Both the position numbers and the translations under genes were made by a program. The notes below the pieces were generated by a model. The model did no database searches. It was not told the origin of the DNA and saw only the letters and a list, made by a program, of their open reading frames with translations. Positions 34,974-45,565 of a stretch of DNA of 64,000 nt are shown piece by piece. Source of the DNA: TPA_inf: Saccharomyces (taxonomy: Eukaryota); contig BK006938.2 in the NCBI GenBank assembly GCA_000146045.2, positions 1,440,001 to 1,504,000 of the forward strand, read 5' to 3'. Position 1 is the first letter of the stretch. Each line of letters starts with the position of its first letter.

Positions 34974-36476
34974 TTATGCCACCAGAGCACACAAAGCTGC
35001 GCCAACACCGGACCCATCTTTGGCTAGACGCAAATGTATCTTACGTTCACCCTCAGTGCCAATTGGACTTAATGCCAAAGCATGTCTCAGCATGGATCTG
35101 AATCCAGGATAGTATTCGATGACATAACCGTCAAAACCAATTTCTACCTCACCGTGATATCTTTTGTTCAAAGCGTTTGTCTTGATTAGGATGGCGGCAA
35201 TCGGAACGGCTGCTAGATATGCAGACCTTCTCGTAATGGAACGGACCAGATTTTGAATTGCTTTACGTTCTTCAAAAGTGGTCGGTAGCCTCAAACTCTG
35301 CAAAAACGACAATTCAGTTTCACGCAAGTTTGTCGAATCATCGATTTCAATCCTGGAAAGAACTTCACTGCACAATTGGAAAGGAGTCTTTAAACGGTGA
35401 GGTAATTGATCGTAATTACGATACTGTCCCAAGATTAAGCCCCTTGCATGCAAGTCCACCAGGATGTTCCTTAACAGCTCACCCAAGTACATGCCGGAAA
35501 TTCTTTTTTCAAATAGATGGTAACCTGGATTTGGAGAAAATTTTTGGTCAATATCGATGTCATACTTTGTAGCAGACAAATGTTTCAATTCATTGTCGAA
35601 AGAACCCCATTCGATGTTGATGCACATTTGGGTTTTTCCTTCATGCAGCAGTCTTGTTCTGAGCTCATCTGGTAGCTTCTTGATGTTTTCAATATCCTCC
35701 ATATAGCAACCGTTAGTACCAGTACCAAAGATACAACCAATGACAGGCTCGCTAATCTCACCAGCACTCGATGGACGAGAGCCTGAAGTGTAGCAGTGGG
35801 ATAGGAAAGTGCCAACCGTGTCGTTGGTCAAAGCTACCACATTAATCATAGAGAGCCCCTGAATGTCTAATTGCTCCTGGTATAACCTCACGACATCCTT
35901 GCCGACCGTGTCTTCAATCTTGAAGCTTTTGGTCCATCTGATTAAAGTACCGGAACTCAAAGAGGTTTGGTCAACGGGATATGAGAAGGTAAATCCCATT
36001 TTCAAAGGTTTTATGTTCTCCCCCGTGGACTTCAACAACTCAGGATGATGCTTCCTAACGAAGGCCCTTGTACGGCGACCCAGGTAGCTAAACAGCTCCT
36101 CGCTGGTGACATCCTTGTCATTTAGATATTCTTCCGGAATCTTAGACTTCAATTGCTGCATATCAAAGGTTCCGTCACCATTCAAAGTCACAGAACACAC
36201 TCTGAAGTGAGTCCCACCTAAATCTGCAGCCAGCAAAACACCACGTTCCGTCCCATTGGGCAAACTGGTTACATATGTAGGGATCATGGGTAGACCCTTG
36301 TCCACCGTCTTTTCTTCGCCTACAGAGGTGTTATTCAACCCCTTTTCCATACATTCAATGAAGTACGCTGTTAGTTCGTCCAACTTTGCTGCATCAACCT
36401 GCAATGAGGAGCAGATCTCAACCACTGCATCTTCCAATGCCTCAGCATTGACTTTATGTAAATTTTCAAATGACAT
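34974..36476 (-). CDS. EMI2: hexokinase-family (glucokinase-like) protein Emi2 (500 aa)
   Basis: Hexokinase signatures DLGGTHFRV and GTGTNGCYME. The track ORF is over-extended by 16 codons; ATG at 36474-36476 (MSFENLHKVN). Confidence 0.85.
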   Translation of the reverse strand: MSFENLHKVNAEALEDAVVEICSSLQVDAAKLDELTAYFIECMEKGLNNTSVGEEKTVDKGLPMIPTYVTSLPNGTERGVLLAADLGGTHFRVCSVTLNGDGTFDMQQLKSKIPEEYLNDKDVTSEELFSYLGRRTRAFVRKHHPELLKSTGENIKPLKMGFTFSYPVDQTSLSSGTLIRWTKSFKIEDTVGKDVVRLYQEQLDIQGLSMINVVALTNDTVGTFLSHCYTSGSRPSSAGEISEPVIGCIFGTGTNGCYMEDIENIKKLPDELRTRLLHEGKTQMCINIEWGSFDNELKHLSATKYDIDIDQKFSPNPGYHLFEKRISGMYLGELLRNILVDLHARGLILGQYRNYDQLPHRLKTPFQLCSEVLSRIEIDDSTNLRETELSFLQSLRLPTTFEERKAIQNLVRSITRRSAYLAAVPIAAILIKTNALNKRYHGEVEIGFDGYVIEYYPGFRSMLRHALALSPIGTEGERKIHLRLAKDGSGVGAALCALVA

Positions 36477-37238
36477 TACTGTGTATCTATGATTCGATTC
36501 TTGTACAATTCTTCCTTGATACACTGATATCTGTTTCTATTTAAACTTCCTATAAGTATGAGACGTACAAAAGAACACGAGACAAGATGAGATTTTACAC
36601 TTACACAGAATCGACTTTATATAATCCCGAATACATGTTTCCCCCCCCTGCATCGCAAGCATAATAGAATTCGACGACCCGATCTTCTTCCTCTGTCTTC
36701 CACACACACAAACACTAATTCACTCTCACTCTCTCACTTTCCCTTTCGACGACACACACAAAAAGACTTTCTGGATGCCCCGCGTTTTTTGTCACTTGAT
36801 TCTTCGAACAAAGACGCAGGCAACTACCCCTGAAGGGCCCACCCGAAAGTAGTTGCTACTGCTCGTTGCGGTGGCTGCCAGAGTGGCGACGTAGCGTTGC
36901 GTTGTGGCTAACATTGGTGAGACAACCCGATTAAATTACTTAATGGGCTCTCCCACCGCCTTTGCACCCAGTGACAGCCATTTTGAAGATAGCATCGGGC
37001 TGGCTTCCAAATAAAATCTAGGTCGTTTCTATTAAGTTCGTTTCGTTATTTTTCTGTCTTCGCGGCGGACACGCAAGCCGACGACGACGAGGTTTAGTTG
37101 CATTTTGGCTATCATAAAAGAAATGGGCTTGTCGCAACGGGATCAGGACCAAGAACAGGGGTGCTGAGACTACTACTGTAACTGCGACCGACACAGCGTG
37201 CGAAACTAGGGAAGTAAAAAGGTATAGGAAGAAGAACT

Positions 37239-38357
37239 ATGTTTAGAATAGCTAAAAACCTCGTACGGACTTTTGAGCAGAGCGTGCAAGATACCCTGGC
37301 ACTCTCGCAGGACTCGAGCAATCTGGACGCTTTCTTTCAGTCTATACCACCAAATTTGTTGTCTGCTCAGTTGGAATCACCCGTAGATGCGGTTTCTGAA
37401 GGTGTTAAGCACACCAACGTCAATGAAACGCTTTCCGGTCTCCGCATTGTTTGGGTGGACGAGATGCAGTTCCAACTGCAGTCCTTTTTCGACTATATAG
37501 TAGGTTTCAATGATGATCCGGTGCCGGTGGTCAGTAATCAACACGGATTTTCGTACCCAGATTACCGTCGTATCACATCCATCTTCAATGAACACTGTGG
37601 CCGAACTTTGAAGGTCAACATATGGTCAGCTAAAGGAGGCACGTTCAGAGACGAGTATATCAGCATTATATCGAAGGAGAGCGACGATTTGGACGATGTT
37701 TCTCTAAACCATGACGAGAGGAGGCCATCTAGTGGGGAAGCGCACCAGTTCCAAGCACTCGGGTTCAAAGTCCAATGGACGCCTTTGATAGCTTCCACTT
37801 TCACATACCATATCCTGAACGTGAACATCCCAGATGGACCCGCCCAATCGGCAGGGCTCATCCCAGATGAAGACTACATTATCGGCTGCCAAGATGGCCT
37901 GTTGGCCACGGGAGGGGAGACGCTTTTACAAGATATTGTTAGATCAAGAGCAAACTACGATCTGGTCCTTTATGTCTACAACAAAGTTTCTGACTGTGTG
38001 AGACCAATCACAGTTCATATAGGTCCCGACGGCAGGTTGGGTTGCAACGTTGGATACGGGTTTCTTCACAGGATTCCAACAGTAAAGCACTGTCCACAAC
38101 AAGCACAGCAGCAGGGGCAAGATGACAACCCTGTTCCTGTTCCTGTTCCAGTAGAATCTGAGACGGCTTTTGTGCCATCAGCATTCACAGCACCACCGGT
38201 GCCAACAAAGAAGAAATCAAAAAATAAAAAGGGTACCCAGCCATTGGCAATGGATGACTATTTTAATGAAGGCAGAGATAAGTCATCTACCGCTGCGAAG
38301 TCAGCAGAATCTGACATCCTCGCCCCACCACCACAAAAACAGTCATCCTCTGATTAA
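37239..38357 (+). CDS. GRH1: GRASP-family Golgi protein Grh1 (372 aa)
   Basis: 372 aa. The N-terminal tandem GRASP/PDZ region is followed by a Pro-rich tail (NPVPVPVPVE). Confidence 0.85.
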   Translation: MFRIAKNLVRTFEQSVQDTLALSQDSSNLDAFFQSIPPNLLSAQLESPVDAVSEGVKHTNVNETLSGLRIVWVDEMQFQLQSFFDYIVGFNDDPVPVVSNQHGFSYPDYRRITSIFNEHCGRTLKVNIWSAKGGTFRDEYISIISKESDDLDDVSLNHDERRPSSGEAHQFQALGFKVQWTPLIASTFTYHILNVNIPDGPAQSAGLIPDEDYIIGCQDGLLATGGETLLQDIVRSRANYDLVLYVYNKVSDCVRPITVHIGPDGRLGCNVGYGFLHRIPTVKHCPQQAQQQGQDDNPVPVPVPVESETAFVPSAFTAPPVPTKKKSKNKKGTQPLAMDDYFNEGRDKSSTAAKSAESDILAPPPQKQSSSD

Positions 38358-38607
38358 CTTTCCTGGTTAGTCTTTTGGTTTTGTTTCATAGCAAAATTAA
38401 ATATATATATATAAGCTTGCTTTCCCTTCAAAACACGTAAACGATAGTTGGCAATGTACGAAAAGTACCGAGACTTTTTTTCAAAGGCACGCGTGTCCTT
38501 TTTTGTTAAGACAATAGATATTTTAGCATTCAGAAAGTTTCAATTTCCAAGACTTGACGTTTCAATTATATGGCAATCTCCCAACAAGCACCCGCTCATA
38601 TAATACC

Positions 38608-40161
38608 ATGCAAGTGACCACAAGATTTATATCTGCGATAGTCTCGTTTTGCCTGTTTGCTTCTTTCACGTTGGCTGAAAACAGCGCAAGAGCTACGCCG
38701 GGATCAGATTTACTCGTTCTAACAGAGAAGAAATTTAAATCATTCATCGAATCTCATCCGTTAGTCCTCGTCGAGTTTTTTGCTCCATGGTGTTTGCATT
38801 CTCAGATCTTACGCCCTCACTTAGAAGAGGCCGCCTCTATTTTAAAGGAGCATAACGTCCCAGTTGTTCAAATTGATTGTGAGGCTAACAGTATGGTTTG
38901 CCTGCAACAAACTATAAATACCTACCCAACCTTGAAAATCTTTAAAAATGGTCGTATTTTTGATGGTCAAGTCTATCGCGGTGTCAAGATCACCGATGAA
39001 ATCACTCAGTACATGATTCAGCTATACGAGGCTTCTGTCATTTATTTAAATTCCGAAGATGAAATCCAACCATACTTGGAAAATGCAACTTTACCAGTAG
39101 TAATAAACAGAGGCTTGACAGGCTTGAATGAAACGTATCAAGAAGTCGCACTGGACCTTGCTGAGGATTACGTCTTTTTATCCCTTCTAGATTCAGAAGA
39201 TAAGTCATTATCAATCCACTTGCCAAACACTACAGAACCAATTCTGTTTGATGGAAATGTAGACTCTTTGGTCGGAAATTCCGTTGCTCTAACTCAGTGG
39301 TTAAAAGTGGTAATTTTACCTTACTTTACCGACATCGAACCTGATCTCTTCCCCAAGTACATTTCTAGCAATTTGCCGTTGGCTTACTTCTTTTATACTT
39401 CTGAGGAAGAATTGGAAGATTACACTGATCTTTTCACGCAGTTAGGTAAGGAAAATCGTGGCCAAATAAATTTCATTGCATTAAACTCTACAATGTTCCC
39501 ACACCACGTTAGATTCCTAAATATGAGAGAACAGTTCCCATTATTTGCTATCCATAATATGATCAATAATCTGAAATATGGTTTACCACAACTACCAGAA
39601 GAAGAGTACGCGAAATTAGAAAAACCACAACCACTAGACAGAGATATGATCGTTCAGTTGGTAAAAGATTACCGTGAAGGTACTGCCAAGCCAATTGTTA
39701 AGTCAGAAGAGATTCCAAAAGAACAAAAGTCCAATGTTTATAAAATAGTTGGGAAGACACATGACGACATTGTTCATGATGATGACAAGGATGTCCTTGT
39801 CAAATATTACGCGACATGGTGTATTCATAGTAAAAGGTTTGCGCCTATTTACGAAGAAATTGCAAATGTCTTAGCATCTGATGAATCTGTTCGCGATAAA
39901 ATCTTGATCGCCGAAGTAGATTCAGGGGCAAATGATATCTTAAGTTTTCCTGTGACAGGATATCCAACCATTGCTTTGTATCCTGCCGGAAATAACTCTA
40001 AGCCTATTATCTTCAATAAAATTAGAAATTTGGAAGATGTTTTCGAATTTATCAAGGAATCAGGTACACATCACATTGACGGCCAGGCAATTTATGATAA
40101 ATTGCACCAGGCCAAGGATTCTGAAGTGTCTACTGAAGATACCGTACATGATGAATTATAA
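38608..40161 (+). CDS. EUG1: ER protein-disulfide-isomerase homologue Eug1 (517 aa) with CxxS active sites
   Basis: Two thioredoxin domains with WCLHS and WCIHS, and a C-terminal HDEL. The track ORF starts at a TTG at 38554; the first ATG is at 38608. Confidence 0.9.
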   Translation: MQVTTRFISAIVSFCLFASFTLAENSARATPGSDLLVLTEKKFKSFIESHPLVLVEFFAPWCLHSQILRPHLEEAASILKEHNVPVVQIDCEANSMVCLQQTINTYPTLKIFKNGRIFDGQVYRGVKITDEITQYMIQLYEASVIYLNSEDEIQPYLENATLPVVINRGLTGLNETYQEVALDLAEDYVFLSLLDSEDKSLSIHLPNTTEPILFDGNVDSLVGNSVALTQWLKVVILPYFTDIEPDLFPKYISSNLPLAYFFYTSEEELEDYTDLFTQLGKENRGQINFIALNSTMFPHHVRFLNMREQFPLFAIHNMINNLKYGLPQLPEEEYAKLEKPQPLDRDMIVQLVKDYREGTAKPIVKSEEIPKEQKSNVYKIVGKTHDDIVHDDDKDVLVKYYATWCIHSKRFAPIYEEIANVLASDESVRDKILIAEVDSGANDILSFPVTGYPTIALYPAGNNSKPIIFNKIRNLEDVFEFIKESGTHHIDGQAIYDKLHQAKDSEVSTEDTVHDEL

Positions 40162-40424
40162 TCAATAAATAAAGCATATATAATGCACATTTTTAACATC
40201 TGATTACTCGCATCGTTTCTGGAAGAAAATAGCTAATATTCGTTATTTATGGCATCACGATTATTCTCACCAGTTACCCGTTTATGCTCTTGAAGAGATT
40301 TAGCATTACTGCCAGCGCATCTTCAAATACAGGTTTATATGAGACCCATTACTATAACCCTAAGAAGAGAAAAAGGAGTGCTTTCGTTTTCAATCACATT
40401 CTAGTTTACAGTAATTGAGTCTCG

Positions 40425-40832
40425 ATGATGTTTAATATTTACCTTTTCGTCACTTTTTTTTCCACCATTCTTGCAGGTTCCCTGTCAGATTTGGAAATCG
40501 GTATTATCAAGAGAATACCGGTAGAAGATTGCTTAATTAAGGCAATGCCAGGTGATAAAGTTAAGGTTCATTATACAGGATCTTTATTAGAATCGGGAAC
40601 TGTATTTGACTCAAGTTATTCAAGAGGCTCTCCTATCGCTTTTGAACTTGGCGTTGGCAGAGTAATTAAAGGTTGGGATCAAGGTGTTGCCGGCATGTGC
40701 GTTGGCGAAAAAAGAAAGCTGCAAATTCCAAGTTCTTTGGCCTACGGAGAAAGAGGTGTCCCAGGCGTCATTCCTCCAAGTGCTGATTTGGTGTTTGATG
40801 TCGAATTGGTAGACGTGAAATCAGCCGCCTAG
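40425..40832 (+). CDS. FPR2: FKBP-type peptidyl-prolyl isomerase, secretory (135 aa)
   Basis: Signal peptide plus FKBP domain (GDKVKVHYTGSLLESGTVFDSSYSRGSPIAFELGVGRVIKGWDQG). Confidence 0.9.
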   Translation: MMFNIYLFVTFFSTILAGSLSDLEIGIIKRIPVEDCLIKAMPGDKVKVHYTGSLLESGTVFDSSYSRGSPIAFELGVGRVIKGWDQGVAGMCVGEKRKLQIPSSLAYGERGVPGVIPPSADLVFDVELVDVKSAA

Positions 40833-41084
40833 GTAAATTGGCACTCAGGCACATATCTGCAACAAGATGCATGGAGTACGTATGTGGCAAACTTTTTTTT
40901 ATAGTTGAAAATATATCCATATGAGGATGCCAGCCATCATGTCAAGTTTCAATGTAATTATGGTTGTGTATATTATGTTTGCAGCAAAATAAAATAAAAG
41001 GGCTCTAACTACAATATATTAATATAAAGAAATGTTATTCAATCTAGTTTGGGTATGAATTTTTTCCCTCTTAATAAAAATAGT

Positions 41085-43403
41085 TTAAGTAGTTTGTTCA
41101 GTCTTCTTATCGCTGGTAAACATTTTTTGGGAATTTGGTTTTAAACTATCAAAAAAATCCTGAAAAAAGTCTTCAAAGGAATTGAATTGGTCGACGTCAG
41201 GAATCATGAAGTGACTACTGGACAAGTTCTCGTGCAAAGTACCAACATTAGTAGGCGAAGTAGCGGGTTTCGCGGCGTGCAGATTTCCTGCTCCTGTGTA
41301 GTTATTAGCATTAGTCGACATTTTATCATTATCACTATTCTCTTTTGACAAACTGCCAAAATTAATACGAGTCTTACTAGTATCAATTATAGATTTTATG
41401 ATTTTTCCAACGTTATCAGTAGCCTCATTCATTTTTTCCCCTATAGTGCTCAAATGCCAGTACACTTTTGTACAAAGACTCAAAACGCGTTGACGTTCAG
41501 AAGAATCGAACCAATAAAGATAGTCACAAAGAGTTAAACAGGCGTAGACTAGTTGATGACAAGTAAAAATCGGAGCACCCCTTATTAACGTTGGCGGTAG
41601 TCTCAAAAACCCATTCAACAGCGAAAATGAATGTTCTTTCATCGTATTAAGAATTAGTTTCAAAAACCTTTGGTTGCTTTTTAGCGTGGAAGAAAATTCT
41701 GTGATAAAAGTGCGACATATCATGATATGATAAAAATCAAATGTGAACAATAGCACGCCCGCGCCATCCTTTGCTAAAAGCTCTTCCCAATTTTTCAGCC
41801 AATAATTTAGCTCTGGAAAAACAAAGATAAAAGTATCTGCGTTACCTCCATATCTGTCATTGTTAAAGTCATCCAAACACTGCGCAAAATAATTTTTAAG
41901 GTTTATAAAGATGCCATTTACGATGTCACCTAAATTTATCTCACTGATTTTAATGTCATCACCAAAATTCGCCTGAGGAAATTTCGCCACAAGTTTATTA
42001 AACTCTTTAAGCATATCATCCTGTTCCCTAATATCGCCGTAACTAATGGAATATTCTAAATAGCAGGCAGTTAGTGAATTTAGTATTCTTAGATGATAAA
42101 GATCTTCGGGATTATACACTTCTTTTACCAAAACCCTATCCTTTATCTGATAAAAATCTATTACATGTAACAAGCTATTGAGCGCAAAATTGCTTAGTAC
42201 CAGAGAATTAAACTTCAGTTGCCTATATCTCTTTGCCTTTCGCGAAATATGGAACATACAGCAATATAAAATAGCCTCAATATCAAACGCTGTTAACTTT
42301 TCAAACATGGTTAACGTATTAGTGAGTAATCTCTCCACTAAAGGATACAATATTTCTTGTTCTGCAGCGTATTTATCGTTGTCAGCAAAACTCATAGCGA
42401 TAATAGTAAAAACACTTGTAATAAATAGGTGTGAGTGGGCATATTCCACGTCTATCTCTTTTCTCCCACCTGGAATTATCCAGAAATGGGATCTCACCAG
42501 AAATTCTTTTGCAAGCTTATGGCATAATTCCTGATTATTCTCATAAAAATGGAGAAAGTTCACTCTTGCAACAGCATATGGCCTTTGCTGTCCAGCTAGC
42601 TTCGCAGCTTTAGATGTAGCCTTCGATGGAAATAGCCTCTCATCAATATCATGTAGCAATTTTAAAGGAGATTCCTTCAACTTAAATCCATTTAAGAAAA
42701 GATTTTCTTTTCTATATTCCCCTGTTTTCCTTATCGTCTCTGAGCCCGAAGTTAGACGACTATCGTACGTCTTATTTGAGCTGAAATCCACGTTCTGAAT
42801 ATCATCTCCAGGGCCTTTGATATCGCTGTTATAAGACATCTTTGCTGTGGTGATTATCAAGTCCATTTTCTGGTGTAAAGATTTTATGTGCTCTTCTAAA
42901 GATGAAAGCCTTTTATCGATCATGTAATTATCAAAATTGACCGTTCCATTCTTTTCAAAACTACTTTGGCTTTCGTTGGGAGAGTCCGCATTCAAATGAG
43001 AGAAAGAACCAAGGTTGTGATTAATTGAGTTGATCTTCTTTAGTAGACCATCCTCACGTAAAGTATTCAAAATTTCATTGTCTTTATTCCTGGCTAAGGA
43101 GCAATCAAGCTGCAGAACGTTACATCTGTAACATTTTCCAATGAAAGGTTCAAAATCGCACCTTGTCTTCACTCTCCTGCAAGTATCACAACTAAATGTT
43201 TTTCTTTTCTTTCTAGGTTTTTTGTTGCCATTATTCTTAGGACTGTTCGTTTCACTGCGCTCTTTGGCTCTTGCACTATCCTCTGGGTGGTTTATTATGG
43301 ATCTGATACTATTTCGCACCTTTCCAGAAGCAGAATTATATCCAGCAGTCATCGGTAAACCATCTGGTCTGGGGCTTACTGAGGCATTTGAGTTTATATC
43401 CAT
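41085..43403 (-). CDS. URC2: Zn2Cys6 binuclear-cluster transcription factor (772 aa)
   Basis: CDTCRRVKTRCDFEPFIGKCYRCNVLQLDC, followed by a fungal transcription-factor middle-homology region. Confidence 0.8.
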   Translation of the reverse strand: MDINSNASVSPRPDGLPMTAGYNSASGKVRNSIRSIINHPEDSARAKERSETNSPKNNGNKKPRKKRKTFSCDTCRRVKTRCDFEPFIGKCYRCNVLQLDCSLARNKDNEILNTLREDGLLKKINSINHNLGSFSHLNADSPNESQSSFEKNGTVNFDNYMIDKRLSSLEEHIKSLHQKMDLIITTAKMSYNSDIKGPGDDIQNVDFSSNKTYDSRLTSGSETIRKTGEYRKENLFLNGFKLKESPLKLLHDIDERLFPSKATSKAAKLAGQQRPYAVARVNFLHFYENNQELCHKLAKEFLVRSHFWIIPGGRKEIDVEYAHSHLFITSVFTIIAMSFADNDKYAAEQEILYPLVERLLTNTLTMFEKLTAFDIEAILYCCMFHISRKAKRYRQLKFNSLVLSNFALNSLLHVIDFYQIKDRVLVKEVYNPEDLYHLRILNSLTACYLEYSISYGDIREQDDMLKEFNKLVAKFPQANFGDDIKISEINLGDIVNGIFINLKNYFAQCLDDFNNDRYGGNADTFIFVFPELNYWLKNWEELLAKDGAGVLLFTFDFYHIMICRTFITEFSSTLKSNQRFLKLILNTMKEHSFSLLNGFLRLPPTLIRGAPIFTCHQLVYACLTLCDYLYWFDSSERQRVLSLCTKVYWHLSTIGEKMNEATDNVGKIIKSIIDTSKTRINFGSLSKENSDNDKMSTNANNYTGAGNLHAAKPATSPTNVGTLHENLSSSHFMIPDVDQFNSFEDFFQDFFDSLKPNSQKMFTSDKKTEQTT

Positions 43404-43794
43404 TTTTTTCCCTGATGTTCAGCAAACCGAAAGAAATATAAAATACAACTGGGAAAGATGTTTTAATGGTGAGTAAGCAAAATGTGAGTGGTTTTAACCC
43501 TAAGGAAGAACCGTATCAAAACACTATTTTTCAATTAAATCATCTACCTAATGAGCTCATTTTGTTAAGATGATCTACCATAATAATTATTCAAAAACTG
43601 TCAAAATTAAAAGGAGGGTAACAGTTTCAATAGTTTAACCAGTTTTGGTAATGCCTGAAATAACATAAAAAGCTGATGCTAAGTGGGCTACGCTATGCTC
43701 CAGGTGAAGATAATCAGAACACTACATCTCTACTGCAAATTTATATCTCATAAGAACTAAATAAAATGGCTAGTATTTAAGTTAATCTTCTAAC

Positions 43795-45303
43795 CTAAAA
43801 AATTATCGAGAACAATACCGTGAAAACTGCATAAACTGACATTTTGAAAGCATCAATAAAAATGTTCTTCGGAGCACTGTTTTCCATCTTCTTTGAACTT
43901 CCTTGACTTTTTGCACCATTTTTTCCTTTTTCTTTCTTTCCATTATCATTGTCAGTTTCCTGCTTTCCTAGTACATTCCCCTCTTCATCAACATTCAGCA
44001 TTTTACTTTTCATACCAGATGTGCATTCGATTTTACCGCCTCTTATGATCGAACGACCGGCTTTTGGTGATGTAAATTCTTCACAGTTTAATTCCTCAGA
44101 TGAACTTTTGATATAAGCGCTACCTTTTACTAACTTTAGCTCTGGGAGGTCAATTTTATCAAAGCTACCTTCAAAATATATTGCACCGCCAATTTGCCTC
44201 AACTTGGGGAAGAAATCAATTTTGGCAAGCTCTGTATTGTTAGCAATCATTAGACCCCCTTGAATATCGGTGGCATTCGAAAAGTTTAGCTTTTTCAGAT
44301 TTTTATTATCTATTAACCCCAACGTTCCTTGAACTTTTGCCAAAAGTGGTAGTTCCAAGCTTGAAAATTGATTCTCGATGAACTCTAGAGAACTGTTCAC
44401 AGAGGAAAGTTTAGCTAGTTTAATTTCTGAAACGTCCTTAATGGTCATATTTTCAACCGTGTGTAAGTTGCTCAAATCAAGTTCCAGCTCTTTGGCATTA
44501 GAGTGGACGGTTAGTTGTTTAGTAACACTTTCTAAACTTGCGAATAAATTTTCTAAAAACCTGTTATTGTTGATATTGAAAATATCCACTTTCTTGACGT
44601 TATTGAAGTAATCGATGGAGGTTAATGCAGTATCAGATATGATAATATTTTTGATCTTTTTAATATTTCCGTTAATGACAACACTACTTAGAATAGGCAA
44701 AACTCTCCAATCAACGGTTTCAACTTCTTTTAAAGCGGGAAAGTCTAATGATACAAAGGAAGTTAGGCTATCCAATTCCAACTTTCCCAAAGACTCTAAA
44801 TTATAACCCTGGATTCTAAAAATGTGTTTGTTATTCTTGATAATAAGATCTCCCTCTATCTCTCTTATTAACCCTAGATCAATAAGAGATCCGCTGTAGT
44901 TACTTGATATTTCAATGTTTCCTACCACTTTCCAACATTTAGCTTGCAGTTCAATCAAATTTCCAGCATTCTCAATATGATACAAGCCTTTTTTACAGTC
45001 TTCATCTACTTGTGTTTGTTTTGTTGGAGAAATCACCTCAAAATCAGTTTGTTCCTTTTTAGGGATCGTTGCATTAGTGTTAACCAACATAATGTTGTGA
45101 TCTAGAATATTCGGTCCACCATTAGGTTCAACTGCAGCGGATGATTTAATTAACTGCAGAAACAAGAATAAAAATCTTAAGATTGTGTTCAACTGGTTCA
45201 ACATGCTATCCTTTTCTTTTTTTGTAGAAACTTTGGTTTCTTTATTGACTATTTGAATAACAGAAATACTAGTGAAGAATGTTTGTGTTTTCCAAATTGG
45301 CAT
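43795..45303 (-). CDS. SPS2: sporulation-specific GPI-anchored wall protein, Ecm33/Sps2 family (502 aa)
   Basis: Signal peptide, leucine-rich repeat-like body and a C-terminal hydrophobic GPI signal. Confidence 0.8.
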   Translation of the reverse strand: MPIWKTQTFFTSISVIQIVNKETKVSTKKEKDSMLNQLNTILRFLFLFLQLIKSSAAVEPNGGPNILDHNIMLVNTNATIPKKEQTDFEVISPTKQTQVDEDCKKGLYHIENAGNLIELQAKCWKVVGNIEISSNYSGSLIDLGLIREIEGDLIIKNNKHIFRIQGYNLESLGKLELDSLTSFVSLDFPALKEVETVDWRVLPILSSVVINGNIKKIKNIIISDTALTSIDYFNNVKKVDIFNINNNRFLENLFASLESVTKQLTVHSNAKELELDLSNLHTVENMTIKDVSEIKLAKLSSVNSSLEFIENQFSSLELPLLAKVQGTLGLIDNKNLKKLNFSNATDIQGGLMIANNTELAKIDFFPKLRQIGGAIYFEGSFDKIDLPELKLVKGSAYIKSSSEELNCEEFTSPKAGRSIIRGGKIECTSGMKSKMLNVDEEGNVLGKQETDNDNGKKEKGKNGAKSQGSSKKMENSAPKNIFIDAFKMSVYAVFTVLFSIIF

Positions 45304-45325
45304 TTTCTTTTATAGTCTAAGTAAT

Positions 45326-45334
45326 GCCACAAAA
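45326..45334. promoter_or_regulatory. middle sporulation element (MSE, GNCRCAAAW) in the SPS2 promoter
   Basis: gccacaaaa matches GNCRCAAAW at 9/9 positions. It lies 23 bp upstream of the SPS2 ATG. Confidence 0.4.
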
Positions 45335-45565
45335 TATTTTTTTTGAGACGCATCAATGACGGGACAGTAAAGACATAAACGCTCGATCAGAAAAAAAGAA
45401 TCGAAAAAAAAAGGGAGAAATAAGCAGGTAAATAATCAAAAACACATGACTTTTTACTGTTTGTTATATAATTCAATATATCCATCCTTCATTTATTGAA
45501 GATGAAAGAGAATGGAAAACAAAAACTCATGCATATACACACATTATATATATATATCTATTTTT